Both the position numbers and the translations under genes were made by a program. 57,176 nt of DNA from a virus (Duplodnaviria > Caudoviricetes). The notes under the pieces are model-generated. The model saw nothing but the letters and a program-made list of their open reading frames with translations. It ran no database searches and was not told where the DNA came from. Positions within the stretch are counted from its first letter, which is position 1. Each line of letters opens with the position of its first letter. Positions 1 through 8,565 of the stretch are shown here, piece after piece. The stretch covers positions 1 to 57,176 of the IMG/VR virus record IMGVR_UViG_3300017963_000309. One strand, 5' to 3'.

Positions 1-11
1 GATATTTTATT

Positions 12-82
12 GCTCCGTTTGTCCATGGGTAAGATACTCGGCTGTCTACCGAGTGAACTGGGTTCAAGTCCCAGACGGAGCG
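12..82 (+). tRNA. tRNA-Asp(GTC)
   Basis: Acceptor GCTCCGT/ACGGAGC, anticodon arm CTCGG-CTGTCTA-CCGAG, T arm CTGGG-TTCAAGT-CCCAG, no encoded CCA. Confidence 0.92.
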
Positions 83-453
83 TAGTCTTGTCAGGCTAGG
101 TGATGTGCTGTCTTGTCCGGTAAAGTCTGGTAAGGTAAGGATTTCATATTTTATGATGTGTGGTTCGGTGCTGCGCGGTAAGGCGCTGTTAGGTTCTGTT
201 CTGTAGGGTAAGGTAAGGAAATTATATTCATGTGGTCGGGTCTTGTGCTGTGGGGCGTGGTAGAGCGCTGTCTGGTGATGAAAGGTCAGGTCAGGTTGCG
301 CGGGGTGGGGCAAGGTATGTTAAGGTAAGGTTATATTATATTCATGTGGTCAGGTGCAGTACAGTGCTGTGATGTGCGGTTCTGTTAACTAAGGTAAGGA
401 TTCATATTCACATGGTTATGTCTGGCGCTGTGTTGTTTTGTTGGGTGATGTAT

Positions 454-571
454 GGTAAGGTAAGGATTTCATATTCATAGGCTCGTAGCTCAGTCAGGTT
501 AGAGTACTGCTCTGATACGGCAGAAGTCACGGGTTCAAATCCCGTCGAGCCTATTAGTTGTTGTGTGGTAA
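454..571 (+). repeat. 118-bp exact copy of the contig end (57059-57176)
   Basis: Direct comparison: GGTAAGGTAAGGATTTC...TTGTGTGGTAA is identical at both places. Confidence 0.95.
479..553 (+). tRNA. tRNA-Ile(GAT)
   Basis: Acceptor AGGCTCG/CGAGCCT, anticodon arm CTGCT-CTGATAC-GGCAG, T arm ACGGG-TTCAAAT-CCCGT. Confidence 0.93.
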
Positions 572-776
572 CGTTCAGTTAGGTGCTGTGCGGTAAACTA
601 AGGTAAGGATTTATATTTTATTAGGTGATGTCCGGTGCAGTTGGGTGGTGTTCGGTGGTGTGGGGCTTGGCTTGGCGTTGTAAGGTAAGGAAGTAATCAC
701 TAAGGAGAAGTCACATAAGTATATAAAGAAAAACTTCTTCAAAAATTAAATTAAATAAAAAAAGAAAAAATTCAGC

Positions 777-1043
777 ATGGAACTTAAAAAAATCAATGGC
801 GTTTTTGAACGGTCGGAAGTCGAGAATGAAACTGGACTCCCAGAAAGAATGACTATCACTGTTGACGATGAAGCGGACATTAACGAAGTGTATCAAATGT
901 TGAAGGATGATGAAAATTTTATCCTAGTTGATACAGAGAACGAAACAGCAAAGTTAGTTATCGCAAATCCGTTAACGTCAAAACTTGAAAACGGCGAACT
1001 TGAAATCGTGTCATCTTCAATTTTAGATGAGGATGATGAATAA
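777..1043 (+). CDS. hypothetical acidic protein
   Basis: 88-aa ORF downstream of a TATA-like TATATAA (~720), first of the + strand block. Confidence 0.7.
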   Translation: MELKKINGVFERSEVENETGLPERMTITVDDEADINEVYQMLKDDENFILVDTENETAKLVIANPLTSKLENGELEIVSSSILDEDDE

Positions 1044-1074
1044 TACTTTCAATTATTGAAAGGAGGATTTAACA

Positions 1075-2406
1075 ATGGATTTAGGAATTTCAATTTTAAT
1101 TGTTTTGTTAGTAATCTTAATCTTAGCAGTATTCTTAGCGTTCGCTTGGTATCGTATCGTACCACCGAGTGAAGCGCATTTAGTCGTAACACCACGAAGC
1201 CGGTTTGTAGTTTCTCCGGACGAAAATGTGGCAACTAATAAAAGAAAAACCTACTTTGCAATTCCCAACTTTATCCCATTCTTCGGTCGTGTAGTGCGAC
1301 AACTTGATGTTACTATTAAGGAACTTGTGATTGAACAAGAAACTTACGAAAAAAATCAAGCGCGGTACATGGTGAAGTCTTCAACGAAATATAGAATTTC
1401 TGATGTAAGGCAAGCTGCTGAAACTTTCATTAATAATGAAGAGTTGAAGAAGCAACTTGTTGAAGTTATTCGTGCTTCGGTTCGTGCCATCACTGTCAAG
1501 TATGACGTGGTTGACGCGAGAGCTTCAAAGAAGAAGATGGAAGAAGAAATTCGCGCAGAAATGACGGATGATTTAAATAAGTGGGGTTTAAACTTGGTTA
1601 ATTTTCAACTGGTAGATTTTCAGGATACTGAAGATAGTGCCATCATCTCCGACATCTCAAAAAGGAGAGAGAAAGAGATTGAAGCTGTTACCAGAGAACG
1701 TAACGCGGAGAAAGAAAAGTCTGCGCGTGTTAAGGAAGCTGAGTCGGATGAAAAAGCAAGACAAAGAGAAATTGAGCGAGACCAAAAGGTTGGAGAACAA
1801 GAGCAACTTAAATTACAAAAAATTTCCGAGCAACAAAAGCTTGCAAAGGAAAAGGAGTATTCCGTTATCGAAGTTGAAACCGTGAGGCAAGCAGAAATTA
1901 ATAAGAAGCAAGCCCAAATTGACGCTGAGAAGCAAAAGGATGTGGCACGAGTTATTCGTGAAGAACAACATCTCATCGGTGAAGGTGAAAAGTTAAGACT
2001 TCAAGAAGTCGCGAAAGGTAATGCTGCAGGAGTTCGTGAAAAAGGATTCGCTGAAGCCGACGCTCTTGACAAGAAACAAATTGCTCTTAACAAGTTTGGT
2101 GATGCTGCTATCCGCGCATTAACAGCCGAACAGATTGTTGCGATGCAACAAGAAGTTGGCGTTGCAGCTGCTAAAGCATTAGAACGTGCAAACGTTCGAG
2201 TATTCGCTGGCGGGGAAGGTGACGGTAAGCAGGGTTTCGACCTTGGTAAAATGATTTCAGCTGTCACCGTTTCAAACGATGAAACTGCTAACGCTGTAAT
2301 GAACCGTATCGCTCGACCTCACGATTTAGGATTATCCGCTCTAGCTTTGAAAGAAGCGACAAAGAGAAACGATAAACCTAAAGAGAACAAGAAGCAGAAG
2401 AAATAA
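1075..2406 (+). CDS. SPFH/band-7 flotillin-like membrane protein
   Basis: N-terminal TM helix, WYRIVPPSEAHLVV SPFH start, long Ala/Glu-rich coiled coil; GGAGG RBS. Confidence 0.85.
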   Translation: MDLGISILIVLLVILILAVFLAFAWYRIVPPSEAHLVVTPRSRFVVSPDENVATNKRKTYFAIPNFIPFFGRVVRQLDVTIKELVIEQETYEKNQARYMVKSSTKYRISDVRQAAETFINNEELKKQLVEVIRASVRAITVKYDVVDARASKKKMEEEIRAEMTDDLNKWGLNLVNFQLVDFQDTEDSAIISDISKRREKEIEAVTRERNAEKEKSARVKEAESDEKARQREIERDQKVGEQEQLKLQKISEQQKLAKEKEYSVIEVETVRQAEINKKQAQIDAEKQKDVARVIREEQHLIGEGEKLRLQEVAKGNAAGVREKGFAEADALDKKQIALNKFGDAAIRALTAEQIVAMQQEVGVAAAKALERANVRVFAGGEGDGKQGFDLGKMISAVTVSNDETANAVMNRIARPHDLGLSALALKEATKRNDKPKENKKQKK

Positions 2407-2506
2407 TTTCAGGATTATGTGAATTTTTATTTTTCCTTTCACTTTTTATATTCAAACAAAAGAGATAAAATGGAAAACAAAAGAAGATGACAAAAGGAGA
2501 TAGAGA

Positions 2507-2917
2507 ATGAACAACACGGTTAACATGACAACCGCAGCTCTTAGTTCTGATATGTCATGGTTTAGTTTAATAATTCTAGTTAGCTTTGTTGCTGTTGTGC
2601 TCTCCCTCCTTGTAATGGCGATGTCGTCAGTTACAAGGTATAAGAAACTTAAAGGAGCTTTAGAATGGTTAACAACAACATTCAATTATTTCCTAATGGG
2701 TCTTGCAACACTTGCAACTCTAGCCGTTCCGGGCTTAGTAATCTTCTTTTTTGGGAAACAAGCCGCAGAGGGTAACACTGCTCCGGTATGGATGACAGCT
2801 TGCATTATCCTTGGTTACTTTGCAATCTCATTACTTGGTTGGTTATCCAAAAAGTTTGTGGTTGACAGAGTTAAACTATTCGAGGAAGAAATAAAAAAAG
2901 AGGGGGAAGATGACTAA
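2507..2917 (+). CDS. membrane protein (3 TM)
   Basis: Three hydrophobic segments; GGAG RBS. Confidence 0.75.
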   Translation: MNNTVNMTTAALSSDMSWFSLIILVSFVAVVLSLLVMAMSSVTRYKKLKGALEWLTTTFNYFLMGLATLATLAVPGLVIFFFGKQAAEGNTAPVWMTACIILGYFAISLLGWLSKKFVVDRVKLFEEEIKKEGEDD

Positions 2918-3416
2918 AGGTTCAACCTTTTTCGGTAAAGATGATGGTAGCGAAGTTTTTCGTCCCGAGTACGAAAAGAAAGAAGTTATCAAGGATGATG
3001 AGGTAACTGAAGATACTTGCAAACCCGAAGAAGATGTAGAAATGTGTGAACGGTGTGATGAACAAGAATACACTGATGAATATAATGATATGCACGTCTG
3101 CGGAGATTGTTTTGCGGAGCTAGATGAAGGTGATGATGATGATAGTGGTGATTATGGTGATGAATTTAGACCTATAGATATAACGACTCTATTAACGGGG
3201 TTAATAGTCTTAGGCATTGTTTTATCTGTCGGAATAACAGTGCTGTCTCAAGTTGGAAAAGCGTTTAATGATTCTGCTGTTAGCAATACAACCGCTGAGA
3301 TGGTTAGTGCTACAGAAGTTTTTATACCATTTGGAGGAATTATGGCAGTGATGCTAATAATTTTGACAGGTGTTCTAGTCATTGTTATGGCACGTTCGCT
3401 TACCAATACCTCCTAA
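2910..3416 (+). CDS. acidic Zn-finger domain fused to a capsid-like two-helix membrane domain
   Basis: CxxC...CxxC; C-terminal LLTGLIVLGIVLSVGITVL resembles LAIGIVVLGIVVSVGATVL of 22527-22817. Confidence 0.6.
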   Translation: MTKGSTFFGKDDGSEVFRPEYEKKEVIKDDEVTEDTCKPEEDVEMCERCDEQEYTDEYNDMHVCGDCFAELDEGDDDDSGDYGDEFRPIDITTLLTGLIVLGIVLSVGITVLSQVGKAFNDSAVSNTTAEMVSATEVFIPFGGIMAVMLIILTGVLVIVMARSLTNTS

Positions 3417-3558
3417 TTCTTCTGCAGCATTTGTACCTTTTATACTGATTGTTATCTATTTGTGCAGTATTTAATTACCGTTTTATGTCTACAAACCCGG
3501 GGTAAGTCGGTAATAAATCTCCCCATATAACTACTATCGTTCTATATCAATCGGTATT

Positions 3559-4206
3559 TTATTTTCTATACAAGTCGCCGAGAACGTCGCGCATCTTATT
3601 CTTATCTTCCCAAGTGAAGATGTCGGGTGAAGCGTAAGCTGAAAGAAATGTATTATAATCATGACCTAACCTAGTACAAATTTCTCCACCATCAATTCCT
3701 AGAGCCTTTAACCAATTCCCGTGCGTCTTCCTGAAAGTGTGGGAAGCGATGTTCCAATAATCTTTGATTCCGGCTTTCTGTCCAGCCTTCTTGTAAGCAA
3801 TGTTCAATGCCGGATTAGAAATGACGCCGATGTAATCATTATCTTTCAAATTATTATCACGGATATATTTTCGTAAGTATTTAGCGAATTGTGAGCTAAC
3901 AGAGATTATCCTAACCTTCCCCTTCTTCTCACCCTTCTTTGCTTTAGTTTTGGTGACCCTCAAGATGATTCTATGATTCTGAAGGTCACAATCTTCAACC
4001 TTAACATTTTGCACTTCCATAATCCTAGCGCCAGTATTAATCAGCACAATAACCGAATGTTTCTGCTTCGGTTTTAGAGCATCCTCAAACTTCATGTACT
4101 CATGCGGGAAGAAGAACCTATCCTTGTTATCTCTAAGCGTATATTGTTTGCCATTTTTGAGCCTTAAAGATTCCAAATTATCCCTTAAATCATCACTTTT
4201 TGCCAT
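3559..4206 (-). CDS. tyrosine recombinase/integrase (mostly catalytic domain)
   Basis: NTGARIMEV (R), HTFRKT (HxxR), RLGH and a downstream Tyr (AYAS). Confidence 0.88.
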   Translation of the reverse strand: MAKSDDLRDNLESLRLKNGKQYTLRDNKDRFFFPHEYMKFEDALKPKQKHSVIVLINTGARIMEVQNVKVEDCDLQNHRIILRVTKTKAKKGEKKGKVRIISVSSQFAKYLRKYIRDNNLKDNDYIGVISNPALNIAYKKAGQKAGIKDYWNIASHTFRKTHGNWLKALGIDGGEICTRLGHDYNTFLSAYASPDIFTWEDKNKMRDVLGDLYRK

Positions 4207-4241
4207 GTTCTAAAATGTTAATGTATAAAGATTTTAAAAAT

Positions 4242-4457
4242 TTAATTGTTCATATACGTTTCAAACTGGTCAGATATAGCGAATGGTACTGTTGTATCCG
4301 TAGCCCAGTCGTAATAAATTACCGGTTTATCTTCAGTGTGCCGCATCAACCAGTATCCATTTTCAACTCCAACGTACTGATAGCCAGCTTCATCTAACTC
4401 CCTAAAAACTGGTCTATCAGCGACGTCTTTTAAGTGTTCTGATAAATCTTTAGTCAT
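4242..4457 (-). CDS. hypothetical protein
   Basis: 71-aa ORF in the - strand block with GGAG RBS. Confidence 0.6.
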   Translation of the reverse strand: MTKDLSEHLKDVADRPVFRELDEAGYQYVGVENGYWLMRHTEDKPVIYYDWATDTTVPFAISDQFETYMNN

Positions 4458-4719
4458 TTTTGACTTGCTCCTTTCTTATACTTAACCACCTGTCCATAAA
4501 ATCCCATACGAGGAAAATACCTAGAAAAATGATTAGAACTATGGTTCCCCAAAAATCTACCAGTTCCATTGTTCATAGAAGTTTAATAACATCTCCTCCC
4601 TTATTAAATCTTCGTTTTTTAGTTCTTCATTTTGCCACATATGCCGGTGACAACAGGTGCACACGACTGTCGACTTCTTCGGCGCTTGCACTCTCTTCCC
4701 ACATTTAATACAAATAAAA

Positions 4720-4974
4720 TTAGTTAGTTTCATCTTTATAGCTCAAATTTTCCATGTATTGTTTTAATTCCCTCACTGTCAAATTTAATGGCGGTAAAGT
4801 GTTGATGTATTCAATGTCATTGATACACTCATCAACGTAAAGGTCATAGAACTTGTTTGCACTGAGGTCATCAAACTCGCAAGCATCACAGTTAGTTGTA
4901 CCGAAGTACCAGTATTGGAAGAGGGCTAAGATGATTAGCGCCACTACAATCCATTTAAGCCAAAGAGTCCTCAT
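4720..4974 (-). CDS. small membrane-anchored CxxC protein
   Basis: N-terminal TM helix, then NCDAC. Confidence 0.6.
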   Translation of the reverse strand: MRTLWLKWIVVALIILALFQYWYFGTTNCDACEFDDLSANKFYDLYVDECINDIEYINTLPPLNLTVRELKQYMENLSYKDETN

Positions 4975-5179
4975 ACGCTTTATTTCTCCTTTTTAGTTCA
5001 AGTAAAACTCCAATAACCACTATTGCCAAGATTATCGCTCCTGTCAAAAAACTGCTCATTCTAGGGTTCACCCCCTATAAAAAACCTTCGTCTTTTTGTC
5101 ATCATAATCCCTGCTCCAACCATTATTCCAAAAGCAAATCCCGCTACAATTCCTAGCGCTGTTGCAATCCCACAATAAT

Positions 5180-5380
5180 TCATTCTATCCCCGTCCTCGT
5201 TTTAGTTTCATATTTTCTTAGGTAAGGTATAAAGTCTACGTCATGATGAACACACTCTTGCATTATTTTACTACGATGATTCTTTTCAATGAGCGCTAAA
5301 CTTTGCTTATTCATGTAATCAGCGCAAACGTTGTAAGCGTTAACGCACTGTTCCACTAATTCATCAATCATGTTGTTCAT
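5180..5380 (-). CDS. hypothetical protein
   Basis: 66-aa ORF in a tightly packed - strand run. Confidence 0.55.
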   Translation of the reverse strand: MNNMIDELVEQCVNAYNVCADYMNKQSLALIEKNHRSKIMQECVHHDVDFIPYLRKYETKTRTGIE

Positions 5381-5509
5381 TTTATGGGTCTGCCCTCGTC
5401 CAGCCTGAATTTAGTAAATATAAAATAATGATTGAGAGTAATAAATTGATGATTACTGAAAGGGTGAATATTAAATCCCACCTAACGCCGCAGATTAAAC
5501 CTTCACAAT

Positions 5510-5857
5510 TCATAATACATTTCCCTCCCTATCAGTTATGATTCCATACCTTTTTTTAAGCCACTTAGCATATTTAATATCTGGCTCGCCACCTAAATCA
5601 TTTCCATTCCAAGTTCCATTTAAAGCATCTTCATAAAGCCCTTCTTGGTCCCAGTCAGCTTCACTAGCGTCCATTAAACATTGATTTAGATAACCAATTT
5701 CTTCTTTAAGTTTTTTTATCTTTTTCTTCTGACTAGATATCAATTTTAAAACCTTACAATAGCAAGGTAACCAATCTTCTCCAATATATTTTTTTTCTAT
5801 CCTAATATCTTCTTTTGATGTTTCAGCACCACAATATTCGCAAAGAATTTTATTCAT
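5510..5857 (-). CDS. hypothetical Zn-finger protein
   Basis: CEYC...CYC; ATGA overlap with the upstream ORF. Confidence 0.6.
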   Translation of the reverse strand: MNKILCEYCGAETSKEDIRIEKKYIGEDWLPCYCKVLKLISSQKKKIKKLKEEIGYLNQCLMDASEADWDQEGLYEDALNGTWNGNDLGGEPDIKYAKWLKKRYGIITDREGNVL

Positions 5858-6099
5858 TCTTCCTCCTCATACTTTAATTCTTTCAACGCTACACAAAAAT
5901 CGCAAGTTCCGTTCGTCATCTCGCAAGAGCATAAAGCGTTCATGAACCGAAGGTAAACATCATCTAACGCTTGACTATGCGCGAATTTAAATATTTTCAC
6001 TGCTTCATCTGGATATTCTTCTGGCGCACAATCCTTTAAACGATACAATTCTGTTAAAATCTCTTTATCGCTGAGCTTCATCTTTAACGACCCTCCCAT
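5854..6099 (-). CDS. hypothetical protein (start possibly at the second Met)
   Basis: CSC...CDFC; coupled to neighbours. Confidence 0.5.
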   Translation of the reverse strand: MGGSLKMKLSDKEILTELYRLKDCAPEEYPDEAVKIFKFAHSQALDDVYLRFMNALCSCEMTNGTCDFCVALKELKYEEEE

Positions 6100-6301
6100 A
6101 TCCTAATCCTTTGAAGAGTATTGCTCCAAAACCTAAACTTAATAAGAAAAATAAAGTTGTTGTTATCCAGTTCGGAATATTTTTTACGGCGTATAGTAAC
6201 CCAATATGCCCCATTACAAGACCTATAGCCCCCCCTGCAAGAAAACCCATACTGGTATTAATTATCCCGTGCAACCAATTCCCAAAAATATTCCAACTCA
6301 T
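6065..6301 (-). CDS. small 2-TM membrane protein
   Basis: Two Gly-rich hydrophobic helices. Confidence 0.55.
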   Translation of the reverse strand: MSWNIFGNWLHGIINTSMGFLAGGAIGLVMGHIGLLYAVKNIPNWITTTLFFLLSLGFGAILFKGLGYGRVVKDEAQR

Positions 6302-6609
6302 GCTCTATAGAACCCCTGCACTCTATCCCATTTAATTATACAATATCCTTCATCGTAAGCTTCCCAAAGTTCGTTAAGTGTAACCTTGACTTCGGGGAAG
6401 TCCACATTGGCACCGGCTACCCGATGATTAGTGAACGTGACCGTACATTCCCCGCAGTCAAGGTTCATGCCATTAATAAGAAGCACCAAGTTAATCGCAA
6501 CGAGTATTAAAATGAGGACAACCGCGGCTACATTAGATTGGTTAATATGAACCATATTATTATCCCAAAGAAAGCCCAGACTAAAGCCACTGGAAGGTTG
6601 AATAACCAA
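6298..6609 (-). CDS. membrane-anchored CxxC protein (start probably at MVHINQ)
   Basis: TM helix then DCGEC; architecture like 4720-4974. Confidence 0.55.
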   Translation of the reverse strand: MVIQPSSGFSLGFLWDNNMVHINQSNVAAVVLILILVAINLVLLINGMNLDCGECTVTFTNHRVAGANVDFPEVKVTLNELWEAYDEGYCIIKWDRVQGFYRA

Positions 6610-6875
6610 TCTTTCTCATACTTTTTAATTGGAGAGAATTCTACCCACGCTGTAGGGTTAGAGAATAAGAATTTATAATATTCGCTTTTCAAGCCTTTTA
6701 ACTCTTTCACGTCCAAATCCATGACCACATCCTTCATCGTGAGACCGTCCGTGTGCGCTCTCTCGTGGCTTATGAGAGCACTTTTCAGCTTAGGATACCT
6801 ATTTAGACGTTTATTCAAATAAACAGTATTATCTACTCTACTTGCGATGCCCCAATTAATCAGTTTCGTTTCCAT
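6528..6875 (-). CDS. putative HExxH metallopeptidase with C-terminal TM
   Basis: LISHERAH zincin motif. Confidence 0.6.
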   Translation of the reverse strand: METKLINWGIASRVDNTVYLNKRLNRYPKLKSALISHERAHTDGLTMKDVVMDLDVKELKGLKSEYYKFLFSNPTAWVEFSPIKKYEKDWLFNLPVALVWAFFGIIIWFILTNLM

Positions 6876-7110
6876 AACTTTCCAACATCCTCATTTGTTC
6901 AGCTTTTAGATATGCGTAATCTACTAAATATTCTTCATCCAAATTGATTGTAACATTAACATCGGAATAATCTACGAATTCAATTATAGCTTGCTTAACT
7001 TCGTTCGCCATAACAGCAGCACCAGTAGCAAAACCTAGACTGTAAGCGATAACCACCGCCAAAGCGATTGATAAGTAAAGTATTGTTCTATTCATCCCAT
7101 TCTCCTCCAA
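6856..7110 (-). CDS. membrane protein
   Basis: N-terminal TM helix. Confidence 0.55.
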   Translation of the reverse strand: MEENGMNRTILYLSIALAVVIAYSLGFATGAAVMANEVKQAIIEFVDYSDVNVTINLDEEYLVDYAYLKAEQMRMLESYGNETD

Positions 7111-7209
7111 AGTCTAAAGTGCAATCCTTGCAAAGTTGGTAAGAAAAATGTGTATCTTTAAGGATGCGAGCATCTTTCACTTCCTTCCCACAATTCTCAC
7201 AACTTACCA

Positions 7210-7410
7210 TTATCTTAAACCGTCTACAGTCTTTTGACTTATTGCGTTATTACACTTCGGACATTTTAGTACGCTTGTTACTGTATGTCTTCCGGGAGTA
7301 CCTAAATCACTTCCAAGACTTTGCTTATTGTTCATATTCACTGTCTTTCTTTGATGGTTAAGGATAATTCCGCACCATCCGCACAAATATTTTCCAGTAG
7401 CTATTTTCAT
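7210..7410 (-). CDS. Zn-ribbon protein
   Basis: CGWC...CPKC. Confidence 0.55.
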   Translation of the reverse strand: MKIATGKYLCGWCGIILNHQRKTVNMNNKQSLGSDLGTPGRHTVTSVLKCPKCNNAISQKTVDGLR

Positions 7411-7751
7411 TTCGTCATCTCCAACATATCTTTTACATCATCAACTTTATTATAGTCAGTATTAGAATTTTGTTTCGCTTGCTCTTGCATCATTTTGTGA
7501 GCCATCCTCGCCATTTTCATTGAACCATACTGAAACCAAAGGATAGCACCTATAACTAATGCCCAGCCTAGAGCTTTAAAATCCCAATAACGAAAGAAAG
7601 CGTCTAAGTTCATGTAAAGGATTAACAAGAAACCAAGGAAGATTATCCACATCAAGTAATAGTCAAAACTTGCTTTCCTTACAGGGTCACCGCCAGTAAC
7701 TTTATCCCCAAGAGAGAAGAATGCGTCAATCGGACTTTTCCTTTTAACCAT
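7407..7751 (-). CDS. 2-TM membrane protein
   Basis: Two hydrophobic helices. Confidence 0.65.
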   Translation of the reverse strand: MVKRKSPIDAFFSLGDKVTGGDPVRKASFDYYLMWIIFLGFLLILYMNLDAFFRYWDFKALGWALVIGAILWFQYGSMKMARMAHKMMQEQAKQNSNTDYNKVDDVKDMLEMTK

Positions 7752-7900
7752 TTTCTTTTGCTTCCAGTGTATAAAGACAGCCTTGTTTTCTGCTAGTCTT
7801 TACATTGAAACCCTCCCTTTTTAATGCTGAATAGTATCTTTCGATAAATTTGTCACGGTGTAAACCTGTCCGACCCTCGACTTCTATTCTAATTTTTATT

Positions 7901-8239
7901 TTATCCATCAGTATCTCCTATTACCAGCGATACTCGGTAACCAGCCCTTTTTAACATCTTCATTTCTTCTTCTGCTATCCTTTCAACGGTAACTTCCCCT
8001 TCTTCCCCAATGAGAGACTGACCAGCTTTCGCGTATTGTTCGTCAAAACCAGTTTTGGTTATTACAATCCACCCCTCTTTAAGTTCAACCGTTATAGGTT
8101 TATCTTTAAATTGTTCTTTTAGTGCTGCCACAATCTTAGGATTGAATGGGATATATTTGATGAACCTTCGCCCATCGTCGAAGAAACGTTCTATTAATCT
8201 GTTATCGGACTTTATCGCTTCAAGTTCGTAATATTTCAT
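7901..8239 (-). CDS. hypothetical protein
   Basis: 112-aa ORF with globular composition. Confidence 0.65.
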   Translation of the reverse strand: MKYYELEAIKSDNRLIERFFDDGRRFIKYIPFNPKIVAALKEQFKDKPITVELKEGWIVITKTGFDEQYAKAGQSLIGEEGEVTVERIAEEEMKMLKRAGYRVSLVIGDTDG

Positions 8240-8453
8240 TTTTCTTTCTTAAATCTCGAAGTTTAATTAGTTGCATAAATTGCATTGAAGGTTTAGAATT
8301 TCGCGGGGTTAAGTGTAAGTTCTTGTAACAAGTTTCCTTTTGACACGCTTGACATACTCTATTCATTTTGCCAGTAGGTCTAAACTTTTCGTGACATCTC
8401 TTGCACTCTCTTAGAAACATCTGCGACTTTCTTGGCATCCGATACACCTCCAC
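8220..8453 (-). CDS. Zn-finger protein
   Basis: CKRC...CQAC. Confidence 0.5.
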   Translation of the reverse strand: MEVYRMPRKSQMFLRECKRCHEKFRPTGKMNRVCQACQKETCYKNLHLTPRNSKPSMQFMQLIKLRDLRKKNEILRT

Positions 8454-8565
8454 ATTTGATACACTTAAAATCGTTAGTCTTTTCTCTGTGATAAATTTGT
8501 GTTGAATTACACTGAATACATCTCATCTTTTTTTCACCAATATAGAAACGAATGCCTCGAACTAT

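Larger units (their letters stand above)
1..691 (+). repeat. 5-nt-periodic (DGY-NN)n guide-like array, left arm: 7 units with 2 embedded tRNAs
   Basis: TAAGGTAAGG at 131, 209, 321, 390, 456, 599 and 681, mostly followed by a WYATATTYW tail. Between them the sequence parses as GGT/TGT/AGT/GGC triplets alternating with variable dinucleotides. Confidence 0.92.

Noticed and set aside
1-691. Canonical CRISPR array
   Set aside because: The conserved part is only ~20 nt and degenerate, intervening lengths vary widely, the intervening DNA is itself period-5 patterned, and there is no cas1/cas2/cas6
1620-2267. Antisense and alternate-frame ORFs within the SPFH gene, and similar shadow ORFs inside the large genes
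   Set aside because: Fully overlap stronger genes and have shadow-frame composition
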